In this document: positions 49,416 through 58,812 of the stretch, piece after piece | Layout: each line of letters opens with the position of its first letter | Position numbering within the stretch: position 1 is the stretch's first letter | DNA from: Halobacteriales archaeon | Lineage (GTDB): Archaea > Halobacteriota > Halobacteria > Halobacteriales > Hikarchaeaceae | Assembly: GCA_042219475.1 (NCBI GenBank) | Contig: JBDGPX010000121.1 | Span: forward strand, 232-64,231 | Length of the DNA stretch: 64,000 nucleotides | Direction of reading: 5' to 3' | The notes under the pieces: generated by a model | The model's database searches: none | What the model was told of the DNA's origin: nothing | What the model saw: only the letters and a program-made list of their open reading frames with translations | Position numbers and translations under genes: made by a program

Positions 49416-50400
49416 AGGTCACTCGTGGATCGAGGTATGCGTACGTGATGTCCGCGAGGAGATTCATGAAGATCACCACGCTCCCCATCAGGAAGAACAG
49501 TGCCTGTGCGAGGGGATAGTCGTTACTTTGGACCGCTTCGACCATCGCTCGACCCATTCCCGGCCAGTTGAAGACGACTTCAATAAGTACCTGTCCGCCG
49601 ATCGCGGTTCCCATCACAATCGCAAACACGGTGACGATCGGCAGCGCCGAGTTCCGGGCTGCGTGACGGAACATGATGTTGAATTCCGACAGCCCCTCCG
49701 CTCGTTTCGTAGAGATAAAATCGGCGTTGAGTACCTCCAGCATCGAATTTCGCATGAGCAACATCGGAGTTCCCATATACACGAACGCCCCCGTGAATAC
49801 CGGGAGGATCGCGTGGTACACGAAGTGCCAGGTGAGATACCGATCCCAGAACGTCTCCGGGTTGTACGTCATCGGGTGCATCCGCCCAGCGGGGAAGAGA
49901 TCGAGCTGGAAACTGAATACCATCAACAGCAGGATGCCGAAGAAAAAGACAGGAATCGATCGTGCCACCAGCGAGAGCAGGATTCCGGCGATTTCGAAGT
50001 TCCCGCCCCGATACCACGCCATCAATACGCCGAACGCAATGCCAACGACGTAGGCGATCAACAGCGCAGCGATCATGAGAAAGATCGTATTCCAGAACTT
50101 GATCGTCACGATGTTTACGACCGGTTCCCGATAGATGTGTGATTGGCCCCAGCTGAAGTCGATCACCAGCTGTTTCATATAATCGACATACTGGATATGT
50201 AGCGGATCGTTCAATCCCATCTTATCTATCATCTCTTCGCGTGCGTCCGGAGGGAGGTTTCGGCCGTATATCGAGGTCGGATCCCCCGGCATCAGCCGGA
50301 AGAGCGCGAACAGAATCGTAAGAAACGCCCAATAGGTAACGACGAGCTGGCCAAGCCGCCGTACCACATAACGTCTCAACCCCATTGTGGTCGCCCGCAC
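49408..50400 (-). CDS. Peptide-type ABC transporter permease (OppB/DppB-like)
   Basis: 330-aa, 6 TM, STKRAEGLSEFNIMFRHAARNS loop. 8-nt overlap with the downstream permease gene. Confidence 0.9.
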   Translation of the reverse strand: MRATTMGLRRYVVRRLGQLVVTYWAFLTILFALFRLMPGDPTSIYGRNLPPDAREEMIDKMGLNDPLHIQYVDYMKQLVIDFSWGQSHIYREPVVNIVTIKFWNTIFLMIAALLIAYVVGIAFGVLMAWYRGGNFEIAGILLSLVARSIPVFFFGILLLMVFSFQLDLFPAGRMHPMTYNPETFWDRYLTWHFVYHAILPVFTGAFVYMGTPMLLMRNSMLEVLNADFISTKRAEGLSEFNIMFRHAARNSALPIVTVFAIVMGTAIGGQVLIEVVFNWPGMGRAMVEAVQSNDYPLAQALFFLMGSVVIFMNLLADITYAYLDPRVTYD

Positions 50401-50626
50401 CTTTCAGATGATGCCACTTATACATTCCCCTGCTGACGGATACCATACCTCTGGATCGCTCGGTGCATGGGTGAAGGCATCGCCGGGACCGGCTTGCACT
50501 CGCGGTTTGCTGTTCCTTGGGGCTACCAAACGATCGAGTATTTACCGATATATTCGATTAATTTCGGATATCAAAAGGTGAGAAATATGAAGCAAATATA
50601 TATGCTCGCGACCAAATCCGTGCGCC

Positions 50627-52393
50627 ATGGTACGTGATAGGTTACCACGACGAAAGGTACTCATCAATATCGGGGCCGGTGCGGTGGCTGGACTCGCCGG
50701 CTGTAGCGATACGCCACAGGAGGAATCGGACGGCGAAGATGGGGATGGTGGCGGGATGACCGACACGGATACGGAGGCAATGACCCAGGAGGACACCGAA
50801 ACGCCAAGCGCCGGCGATCCCGTTGCCGTCGAAATTATTACTCCGCCACGTGACAACGACCCCGTCTCCTTCGAGGCGACCAAGATGCTCCAGTCGGAGA
50901 TGGAGAAACTCGGGATCAGTGTTACGCTGAATACGATGACGTTCAATTCCGCGGTCGATGTTGTCATAACGAACCGCAATTACGACATCTGGAGCATCGG
51001 ATGGTCCGGCAGCCCCGAACGGCTCGATCCTTCCTTCTGGTTTAACACCGTCTATCACTCGAGCAGTATCAGTGAGGGTGGCTACAACTCGATGCAGTAT
51101 AATAACCCGGAATTCGACGAGATCGCTGATGAGCAGATCAACGTCTACGACTACGAGGAACGGAAGTCACTCGTGGATGAAGGTCAACAGATCCTGCTCG
51201 ATAATCCACCGGCGATGCCCTACGTGTCACAAGACATCGTCGAACCCTACAACAGCGACATAATCACCCAGTTCGGACCGGATATGGCGGGACAGGGTGT
51301 GAAGGGGTTCTGGAACATGCTCAACATGGAGATCAGCCGCGACGACAACATCCTCCGGATCGGCCAGAGCGATACCCTCGAGAGCCAGAACCCCCTCGAT
51401 GCCCGGACCACGTTCAATCGACAAACGTTCCGTTTGATTTACGACCGATTGTTCCGGATCGGTCCCGATCTGTCGACGGATCCGTGGGTCGCCGAGTCGA
51501 TGGAGCAGGTCGACGACACCACGATCCGAGTGTCGATCGCTGATCGTGAGTATCAGTTCCATGATGGGGAACCGATGACGATCGAGGATATCAAATTCTC
51601 CTATGATTACCAGAAAGAGCACTCGCCGATCATCTCGACGTTTATCGAGCAGCTCGATCAGACCGAGATCATCGACGATCGAACACTGGAGTTCAATCTC
51701 GCCGAGCCTTCTGCCCCCTTCCTTACGAACGGTCTGACGTTTCCGTTTATCCTTCCGAAACATATCTGGGAGGATATCCCGGATTCCGTCGATGCCGAGA
51801 CCCCGATCGACTGGAACAGTCCCGATCTCATCGGCAGCGGCCCGTTCCGCTTCGAGGAGAACACGCGAGGAGAGGAACTCCGCCTCTCGGCGAACCCCGA
51901 CCACTGGGCCGCACCGAACATCGACGGACTGATCAACATCACTGGCCCACAGCAGTCGCTGTTTAACCTTCTGGAGACCGGCGAGCTCGATGCTGCCTCG
52001 ATCGCGACGAATTGGAGTCTCTCTTCGATCAATCGACTCGAGGGGATCGATAACATCGAGACGTTGCAAAACTCCACCTGGGGGTTCCAGGACTTCGATT
52101 TCAACTGCCTGAACACGCCGAAAGCAGATCCTTCCAGAGAGCGACCGACCAGCTTCCTGGCGGTTCGTCGGGCGATCCATCACGTATGTCCGAAACAGCG
52201 TGTCCTCGACGATCTCCTGGGCGGGCGTGGCACAGTCGAACATTCAATGATCGTCTCGGGCAACGAACGCTGGCACAACTCCGATCTCGACGAAGTTGGG
52301 CTCTCGTTCACCGGTCACGAAGTCGCCCGGCAGGAGCTACAGGACGCTGGATTCATCTGGGACGATGACGACAACCTGCGATTTCCCTCGTGA
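50627..52393 (+). CDS. ABC transporter substrate-binding protein, family 5 (peptide/nickel/opine type), Tat-lipoprotein signal
   Basis: N-terminal RRKVLINIGAGAVAGLAGCS (twin-Arg plus lipobox) and an acidic Thr/Asp linker. Divergent from the permease operon. Confidence 0.9.
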   Translation: MVRDRLPRRKVLINIGAGAVAGLAGCSDTPQEESDGEDGDGGGMTDTDTEAMTQEDTETPSAGDPVAVEIITPPRDNDPVSFEATKMLQSEMEKLGISVTLNTMTFNSAVDVVITNRNYDIWSIGWSGSPERLDPSFWFNTVYHSSSISEGGYNSMQYNNPEFDEIADEQINVYDYEERKSLVDEGQQILLDNPPAMPYVSQDIVEPYNSDIITQFGPDMAGQGVKGFWNMLNMEISRDDNILRIGQSDTLESQNPLDARTTFNRQTFRLIYDRLFRIGPDLSTDPWVAESMEQVDDTTIRVSIADREYQFHDGEPMTIEDIKFSYDYQKEHSPIISTFIEQLDQTEIIDDRTLEFNLAEPSAPFLTNGLTFPFILPKHIWEDIPDSVDAETPIDWNSPDLIGSGPFRFEENTRGEELRLSANPDHWAAPNIDGLINITGPQQSLFNLLETGELDAASIATNWSLSSINRLEGIDNIETLQNSTWGFQDFDFNCLNTPKADPSRERPTSFLAVRRAIHHVCPKQRVLDDLLGGRGTVEHSMIVSGNERWHNSDLDEVGLSFTGHEVARQELQDAGFIWDDDDNLRFPS

Positions 52394-52488
52394 CTGAGTC
52401 CCGACCATCCCTGCTGACTCTCTCGATCATTTCCGTCGTCACGTGGCCCGAAGCAAGGCATAAATAGTTCAGATCAGAGGATGTCACT

Positions 52489-52854
52489 ATGACCGAACAT
52501 GTCGTCGCCGATACGGATGAAATCGACGACCGCGAACGGCTGGTCGTCCAGCTCGAAGGGCGGGAGATCGGGATCATCAACATCGATGGCGAGTACAAAG
52601 CCTTCACGAACTGGTGTGCCCATCAGAGTGGACCGCTGTTTGAGGGCAAACTCTCAGGGACCGCCAAAGCGTCCTTCGATCCTGAGAGCTTGGAAGTCAG
52701 TACGGAGTGGGTGCGCGATGACAAGGTCATGACGTGTCCATGGCACGGTTGGGAATACGATGTCGAGACCGGTGAGTGCCTCTCACGAAAGGGGATCAGT
52801 CTCCCCGAACATGAGGTGACCATCAGGGACGGCAAGATCGTCGTCACGCTGTAG
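52489..52854 (+). CDS. Rieske [2Fe-2S] domain protein
   Basis: 121-aa ORF with CAH (NWCAHQSGP) and CPWH (CPWHGWEYD) ligand boxes. Confidence 0.85.
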   Translation: MTEHVVADTDEIDDRERLVVQLEGREIGIINIDGEYKAFTNWCAHQSGPLFEGKLSGTAKASFDPESLEVSTEWVRDDKVMTCPWHGWEYDVETGECLSRKGISLPEHEVTIRDGKIVVTL

Positions 52855-53107
52855 CCATCCGTGACGATCCCATTTTCGCTCGGAACTGTGTCCGCCCGGC
52901 CACGAGCCCGGTTGGCCGTCGGCCATAGATCGGCCCTTTCTGATCCGTTGACGAGTCCGTCGTGCATCTCAGTTTTCTCTATCCTTCACTCTCATGCTCA
53001 CAATATCCATCCACCATCCCGTGGTTTCGTGATCTACTTTTTCGGATCGAATCGGGCGTCTGAGCCCACACACAACGTTAAATATCTCTGCCTGCTACTC
53101 TGCCAGC

Positions 53108-54220
53108 ATGGCTACGACCCAACCGGACGCTCCCAATCCACTCCAGGACAAGATTGTCGTGGATTGTGACGTCCATGTCTCCCGGAGCGACACGATAAAG
53201 CGCCGGAAAATGGAGTATCTCGATGAACCGTATCGGAGCTGGATCGACCCCGATACCGAGACCAATGCGTACGGCGCCTCCACATACGAACAGTCCATTC
53301 CCGCGACCGGCATGACGGCCGATCGGAACGACAACATGGATATCGAGGATCTGACGCGGGATGTCGCCGAGCTGTTGTGCGAACAGGAAGGCGTCACCCA
53401 CCCGATCATCAACATGGCGGGCGGTCAGGACTCGATCCCGGACACCAAACGCGCATTAGCCGAAGTCCGTGCCGACAATCACGTTCTCGTCGATATGCTC
53501 AAGGACGAACCTGAATTCTTTGGCGCCATCGATGTCCTCACACGAGAACCACACAAATCGGCCGAGATCATCGACGAGTTCGCTGACGAGGATCAGATCA
53601 TCGGCGTCTACATCTCGACTGCGAGCGTCGATCGTCCGGTTGGTGTTCCCGCGAACGATCCAATCTTTGAGGCCGCCGAGGACAACGGGCTCACGATGAT
53701 GTATCATGGCGGATCGGGTCCTCGACGTCGATACACTCCCTTTTTCGATTCCGTCGAGACCTATCTCGAAATCCACCCCGTATCTCATCCACTCCAGCAG
53801 ATGATAACGCTCACGACACTCATCGGGCAGGGCGTGCCGGTCAAATATCCGGAGCTCAACCATGTCTTCCTTGAGAGCAGTCTGGGCTGGATCCCGTATA
53901 CGATGCACCGGTTGAACCGGGAGTACCGACAACGGCCTGCTGACGCCCCGCTCCTTGAAAAGACCCCGGAGAAATATATCAGGGAGTTCTGTTGGTTTGA
54001 CTCCCAGCCGTTGGAGGAACCGATTGATACCCGACAGATCACCAAGATGATCGAGATGGTGGGGCCGGAGAACGTCGTCTTCGGATCCGACCATCCCCAT
54101 TTCGATTTCGACAACCCTGCTGCCATCGATAAGCATTACCGCAGGTTCTCCGACGAGGAACGCGATGCGATGCTTCACGGCAACGCGATTGAGGCGTTCG
54201 ATCTCTCGATCTCCGTCTGA
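53108..54220 (+). CDS. Amidohydrolase-2 family protein, paralog of 44755-45879
   Basis: Colinear similarity with the first copy (VVDCDVHVS, HPIINMAGG, GVPVKYPELNHVFLESSLGWIPY, FGSDHPHFDFD, MLHGNAIEAFDL). Confidence 0.85.
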   Translation: MATTQPDAPNPLQDKIVVDCDVHVSRSDTIKRRKMEYLDEPYRSWIDPDTETNAYGASTYEQSIPATGMTADRNDNMDIEDLTRDVAELLCEQEGVTHPIINMAGGQDSIPDTKRALAEVRADNHVLVDMLKDEPEFFGAIDVLTREPHKSAEIIDEFADEDQIIGVYISTASVDRPVGVPANDPIFEAAEDNGLTMMYHGGSGPRRRYTPFFDSVETYLEIHPVSHPLQQMITLTTLIGQGVPVKYPELNHVFLESSLGWIPYTMHRLNREYRQRPADAPLLEKTPEKYIREFCWFDSQPLEEPIDTRQITKMIEMVGPENVVFGSDHPHFDFDNPAAIDKHYRRFSDEERDAMLHGNAIEAFDLSISV

Positions 54221-54417
54221 TGTTTCCTTCTCGCATCCGGTTGTGTCGCCGAGCAACCCCTTGTTGACCGTCGGATATATTTTCTGCCTGCGAATTGTTT
54301 GCACACCCAACCGAGGTGGCACGATCGCCCCCACGCCGGGACAATCGGCCAATTTCGGAATCCCGACCCGAATCTCGCAGGTATCCCCTTCGGGATCGGT
54401 GAGGAAACCGACACAAA

Positions 54418-54426
54418 CCAACAAGG
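54418..54426. repeat. Left 9-bp target-site duplication CCAACAAGG
   Basis: Identical 9-mer at 54640-54648, directly flanking the inverted repeats. Confidence 0.8.
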
Positions 54427-54639
54427 GACACTGTAAAATCCAGCAATAATCACTATACGGCGAAAAGGTAAATTCAAATATCACAACCTAATCGACTAGT
54501 AATTGTATTGATATTGACACAGTTAAACCGCTCATACGCCGAAAAACTGGCGTTTCAGCGAATCAATAATCATACTGATCATTCGTGGTGATAGAAATAC
54601 CCTGTCGCTGTATTGCGGTTTTTCTCGATTTTACAGTGC
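54427..54639. mobile_element. MITE-like non-autonomous element (213 bp, AT-rich, no ORF)
   Basis: Terminal inverted repeats G(A)CACTGTAAAATC (54427-54440) and GATTTTACAGTGC (54627-54639). Flanked by a 9-bp direct repeat. Internal duplicated motifs CAATAATCA and ATACG(G/C)CGAAAA. Confidence 0.75.
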
Positions 54640-54648
54640 CCAACAAGG
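54640..54648. repeat. Right 9-bp target-site duplication CCAACAAGG
   Basis: See the left copy at 54418-54426. Confidence 0.8.
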
Positions 54649-54659
54649 TACCTCTGAAT

Positions 54660-54780
54660 CCCTCTGGGAAAGGAGTAACGGGGGCGGGGCACTCCCTGCA
54701 CTCGTCGGTGGGCGGACGTAAGTTCCCAACGCTTCCGCCTTCAGCGGTAAGGGGAAGCCGCGCCGTTCACGGCGCGGAGG
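54660..54780. other. GC-rich hairpin cluster of unknown function (possible small structured RNA)
   Basis: GGAGT/ACTCC (54672-54695). GCTTCC/GGAAGC enclosing CCGC-CTTCA-GCGG (54731-54758). An 8-bp perfect hairpin CCGCGCCG-TTCA-CGGCGCGG (54758-54777). No ORF with halophilic composition. Confidence 0.25.
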
Positions 54781-54824
54781 ATGTCACTCTACTTCGATCG
54801 GTGCTATTGCCCCGTTCGTTGCGG

Positions 54825-54833
54825 AAAAGAAAA
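54825..54833 (-). terminator. T4-C-T4 tract downstream of argF (minus strand)
   Basis: Minus-strand CCGGATTTTCTTTTCCGC, about 135 nt after the argF stop. Confidence 0.4.
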
Positions 54834-54966
54834 TCCGGACATTCAGCTGAAACGTTCGCTCTTCGGTTCCCGGCGAATCTCGTCCCAATCAACTTTCTCT
54901 CACCGTCTATCGCATACCAATACCGTTGCTTTGTGACGATAGAGTCGATAGCGCCGATCCGTTCGA

Positions 54967-55932
54967 TCACCCGAGCAGTTCGACGAGGAGGGCCTTCTGT
55001 GCGTGGAGACGGTTTTCGGCCTGATCGAAGGCGACCGACTGCTCGCCCTCAAGGACAGCGTCGGTGATCTCCTCGCCACGGTTGGCGGGTAGACAGTGCA
55101 TCACGATCGCCTCCGGTGCGTTCGCGAGTAACTCCGCGTTGACCTGGTAGGGAGCGAAGTCCGCCAAGCGGGTCTCACGTTCGGCTTCGTCGCCCATGCT
55201 CACCCAGACGTCGGTGTAGATCACGTCCGCCCCGTCGACGGCTGCCTCGGGATCAGTCGTGGTGGTGATCGTCCCATCGTAGTCCGCCGTCGTCTCGAGA
55301 ACTGCCTCGTCTAAGCCATATCCCTCCGGTGTCGCGATCGTGAGATCGATCCCGACCATCGCACAGCCGATCGCGAACGATTTGGCGACGTTGTTGCCGT
55401 CGCCGATCCAGGTGGCCGTGACGTCATCGAAGCCGCCACAGTACTCTTTGATCGTCATGAGATCGGCGAGTGTCTGGCATGGGTGGGCCGTATCCGAGAG
55501 GCCGTTGATTACGGGGACATCGGCATACGCCGCCATTGTCTCTAGAGTTTCATGATCGTAGACCCGGGCCATGATCGCGTCGTCGTACCGCCCGAACACG
55601 CGGGTAACGTCTTCGATGGGCTCGCCGTGGCCGAGATGGATGTCGTCCTGCCCGAGGAAGATCGCGTGGCCGCCCAGCTGTGTCATCGCGGTCTCGAAGG
55701 AGGTTCGGGTCCGCGTGCTCGGCTTCTCGAAGAGCATCGCCAGCGTCGTCGTCGGGAGTTCCTCGTGGGGCTCATCCACCGCGAGCGCTTCCTTGAGTTC
55801 GATGCCCATATCAAGGACAGCGTGGAGATCCGCCGGTGCGAGATCGTCCACTTTTAGATAATGCCGTGGCGGCATGGTCGGTTCGTTAGCGGTTCCGGTA
55901 ACGTTGTTCGTGTCGACGGTGTGGTCGGTCAT
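54967..55932 (-). CDS. argF: Ornithine carbamoyltransferase
   Basis: STRTR (FEKPSTRTRTSFE), HPCQTLADL, MHCLPANRG. Confidence 0.95.
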   Translation of the reverse strand: MTDHTVDTNNVTGTANEPTMPPRHYLKVDDLAPADLHAVLDMGIELKEALAVDEPHEELPTTTLAMLFEKPSTRTRTSFETAMTQLGGHAIFLGQDDIHLGHGEPIEDVTRVFGRYDDAIMARVYDHETLETMAAYADVPVINGLSDTAHPCQTLADLMTIKEYCGGFDDVTATWIGDGNNVAKSFAIGCAMVGIDLTIATPEGYGLDEAVLETTADYDGTITTTTDPEAAVDGADVIYTDVWVSMGDEAERETRLADFAPYQVNAELLANAPEAIVMHCLPANRGEEITDAVLEGEQSVAFDQAENRLHAQKALLVELLG

Positions 55933-56013
55933 TGGTTTCGGAGTCGTGGCGGGTGATCGAAAGCGATACGAGCGGACGAACGTGGCGTTACGCTCGGGGT
56001 CGTCGCAGTCGCT

Positions 56014-56913
56014 TCATGGGCTGATCACCCCGTGTTGCTCGATCCCGGCGCCGTTATCGGCGGCCGCCTTCGTTTCGAGCCAGTCGACCACGCGGCCGGG
56101 CACGTCGACGTCGCTCACCTCGGTGAGTGCCTTGAATTCGACGGTGTGATTGATCTCGTGGACCGTGTACCCGTCCGTTCCGGTCTCCATGAGATCGATC
56201 CCGAGACAACCGCCGCCGACCGCCGCGCTGGCATCGGCGACGAGTTCTTCGAGCTCGGTATCGATGGTGATCGTTGCCGTCTCGGCGCCCTGGGAGGCGT
56301 TGGTGAGCCAGTGATCCGACGACCGTGCCATCGCGGCGACGGGGGTGCCGTCGGTCGCCAACACCCGGATATCCCGGCCTGGTTTCTCGACGAACTCCTG
56401 GATGTAGAATACCTTGTGTTCGTAGTGTCCCAGCGTCTCCTTGTGCTCTAAGACCGCCTCGGCGGCGCTTCTGTTGTCGATCTTCGCCATGAGGCGGCCC
56501 CACGAGCCGATCACGGGTTTGAGCACACACGGATAGCCGAACGATTCGATCGTTTCGAGGGCGCTCTCGGCGGTGAACGCCACCTCCGTTGCCGGGGTCG
56601 GAACGCCGGCCTCGGCAAGTGCAAGGCTTGTTTCGACCTTGTCGGCGCAGATCTTCGCCGTCCGGGATGTGTTCACTACCGGGAGTCCGTAGTGCTCACA
56701 GAACCGGCTAGCATAGGTACTCCGGCTGGTCGCCAGACACCGATCGACGACGACGTCGACATCGGTGAGATCGGCCGGCGGTGATCCGAGTCCGAACCGC
56801 TGCTTGCGGACATCGACTTTCCGGACGTCGTGCCCGCGATCACGCAACTCCGCGAGGAGGAGCTTCTCGTCTTTGCGGATGCGGGAATACAGGATCGCGA
56901 TCGTGTGTGTCAT
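56014..56913 (-). CDS. lysX: RimK/LysX-family ATP-grasp ligase (LysW-glutamate/aminoadipate ligase, ArgX/LysX)
   Basis: MTHTIAILYSRIRKDEKLLLAEL... ATP-grasp fold. ATG at 56913 is preferred over GTG at 56925. Adjacent to lysW. Confidence 0.85.
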   Translation of the reverse strand: MTHTIAILYSRIRKDEKLLLAELRDRGHDVRKVDVRKQRFGLGSPPADLTDVDVVVDRCLATSRSTYASRFCEHYGLPVVNTSRTAKICADKVETSLALAEAGVPTPATEVAFTAESALETIESFGYPCVLKPVIGSWGRLMAKIDNRSAAEAVLEHKETLGHYEHKVFYIQEFVEKPGRDIRVLATDGTPVAAMARSSDHWLTNASQGAETATITIDTELEELVADASAAVGGGCLGIDLMETGTDGYTVHEINHTVEFKALTEVSDVDVPGRVVDWLETKAAADNGAGIEQHGVISP

Positions 56914-56961
56914 CGGAATCACCACCGGGCTTGATTGATCGTTAGGCTAGTATCGATCACG

Positions 56962-57147
56962 TCACTCCCCCCAGTCCTCTTCCAGCTCCGGGGCTGGCTC
57001 GAGGACTGGCGGAGCGGTGTCGACGACCTCCAGTTCGGCGCCGCAGGTGTCACAGTCGATGATCTCTCCCACTTCGAGGCTGTCGGGCAGGGCGAGTGTC
57101 GCCCCGCACTCGACGCAGTCTGCTTCGGACATCGGTTCGTGTCCCAT
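56962..57147 (-). CDS. lysW: Amino-group carrier protein LysW
   Basis: 61-aa ORF with zinc ribbon CVECG...CDTCG and an acidic C-terminal tail ending EEDWGE. Confidence 0.85.
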   Translation of the reverse strand: MGHEPMSEADCVECGATLALPDSLEVGEIIDCDTCGAELEVVDTAPPVLEPAPELEEDWGE

Positions 57148-57354
57148 ACGATGTTCGTCATGGGTATAAATTTTACTAAATTTATTACCGAAAATAATTC
57201 CATCGATGGCTCTACGTGGCGAATTCGGGCGCGGTCGCGTGGAGAATTCCTCCGTGATTAGTGGCCCCGGTGGGGGGCCGGCGGTCGTCGTCGTCGCGGT
57301 CGTGGCCCACGGATCGGTGACGGGTCGCTGCTCCGGATGAGCGACTGGTCGGGA

Positions 57355-58812
57355 TCAGACATAGGTACTGACGACCTCCATGAGCCGATCTTCGGCCCGC
57401 GTGAGGGATTCGCGGTTCGTGTCGAGGGTGGTCCGATCGATCTCGAGCTGGCGGTCGGCCGCATCGATCGTCTCGGCGACCGCCGCGGGCGCCGGACCAC
57501 CGACCGAATCCCGCATCGCGACGCTCTCTTTGGAATCGAGCGCGGATTCGATCGCTTCGGGATCGACGAGTGCCGCAAGCGATTCACCGAGGATATCCTC
57601 GGCGGCGGCCTCGATCGCCGCGAAGTCACCGCCGGCTTCGGCGGCCTCGGCGACCAGCTCGTGGGCCGTCCGGAAAGGGATGCCGGCCATCGCGAGGCGA
57701 TCGGCGACGCCGGTCGCGGTTGCAAAGCCGGTATCGGCCTCGTCAGCCAGTGTTTCCGCAGGCCAATCCGCGGTCGCGACGGCACCGCCGGTCACGTCGA
57801 TCGCATCCGTCACGGCATCGACCGCCGCCCATCCGTGTGGTGTTGCCCGCTGCAGATCCCGGTTGTACGCCCGGGGCAGCCCTTTCAGGGTGGTGTACAG
57901 CCCCGACAGTTCCCCGATCGCATCGCCCGCGACCGCCCGGACGAGCTCTAGCGAATCCGGGTTTTTCTTCTGTGGCATGATCGAGGATGTCGAGGCGTAA
58001 TCGTCGTCAAGTTCGACATAGCCCTTGTTCGCGAAGACGATCAGATCCTCGGCTACCCCCGACAGCGTCGTCGCAAGCGTCGCCAACCCGTTCACCGATT
58101 CCAGCAGGAAATCCCGCGTCGAGACGGCGTCCATGCTGTTCTCGACGATGCCGTCGAACCCGAGCAGGGCGGCGGTCCGTTCCCGATCGATGGGAAAGGG
58201 TGTCCCACCGAAGGCGGCCGCGCCGAGCGGTGAGGTGTTGACCCGGTCGTAGGCATCGAACAGCCGGGCGGTATCGCGTCCCAGCGTCTGGGCGTACGAG
58301 CAACACCAGTGAGCGACGGTCGTCGGCTGAGCGGGCTGGAGGTGGGTATAGCCCGGCATGATCGTCTCGGTGTTCGCTTCAGCCACCGACAGCAACGCCT
58401 CCCGGGTGTCGATGGTGGCCTCGATCGCATCCAGCAGGTCCGTCCGCAGTTGCCAGCGAATGCAGGTCGCGACCTCATCGTTGCGGCTGCGGGCGGTATG
58501 CATCCGTCCCCCGTCCCGGCCGATCCGGTCGATGACGGCGGTTTCGATCGCGGCGTGGACGTCCTCACCTGCCGGGAGCGCGTCGTGGCCGGCCGTTTCG
58601 ACGGCCGCTAATGCCTCGAGGATGTCGCCGGCCGTGTCATTGTCGATGATGTCCTGTTCGGCGAGCATCACGACATGGGCCCGGTCGACGGCGATGTCGG
58701 CCTGGAAGATCCGCTCGTCGTCGGCCATCGAGGAGAGAAACGTCCGGGCGGGGCCGCCGCTGAAACGATCGCGGCGAACGACGTCCTCGCCGGTGTTTCC
58801 CCCGTCGGTCAT
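57355..58812 (-). CDS. argH: Argininosuccinate lyase
   Basis: Fumarate-lyase signature SSIMPQKKNPDSLE. 4-nt overlap with argG. Confidence 0.95.
   Translation of the reverse strand: MTDGGNTGEDVVRRDRFSGGPARTFLSSMADDERIFQADIAVDRAHVVMLAEQDIIDNDTAGDILEALAAVETAGHDALPAGEDVHAAIETAVIDRIGRDGGRMHTARSRNDEVATCIRWQLRTDLLDAIEATIDTREALLSVAEANTETIMPGYTHLQPAQPTTVAHWCCSYAQTLGRDTARLFDAYDRVNTSPLGAAAFGGTPFPIDRERTAALLGFDGIVENSMDAVSTRDFLLESVNGLATLATTLSGVAEDLIVFANKGYVELDDDYASTSSIMPQKKNPDSLELVRAVAGDAIGELSGLYTTLKGLPRAYNRDLQRATPHGWAAVDAVTDAIDVTGGAVATADWPAETLADEADTGFATATGVADRLAMAGIPFRTAHELVAEAAEAGGDFAAIEAAAEDILGESLAALVDPEAIESALDSKESVAMRDSVGGPAPAAVAETIDAADRQLEIDRTTLDTNRESLTRAEDRLMEVVSTYV

Noticed and set aside
54767-54970. 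67-aa GTG-initiated ORF immediately after argF (IERIGAIDSIVTKQRYWYAIDGERK...) and the 160-aa ORF 54585-55067(+).
   Set aside because: Both have basic composition and no recognisable domain. One starts inside the MITE and the other overlaps the argF stop. They are more likely non-coding DNA or the argF 3' UTR.
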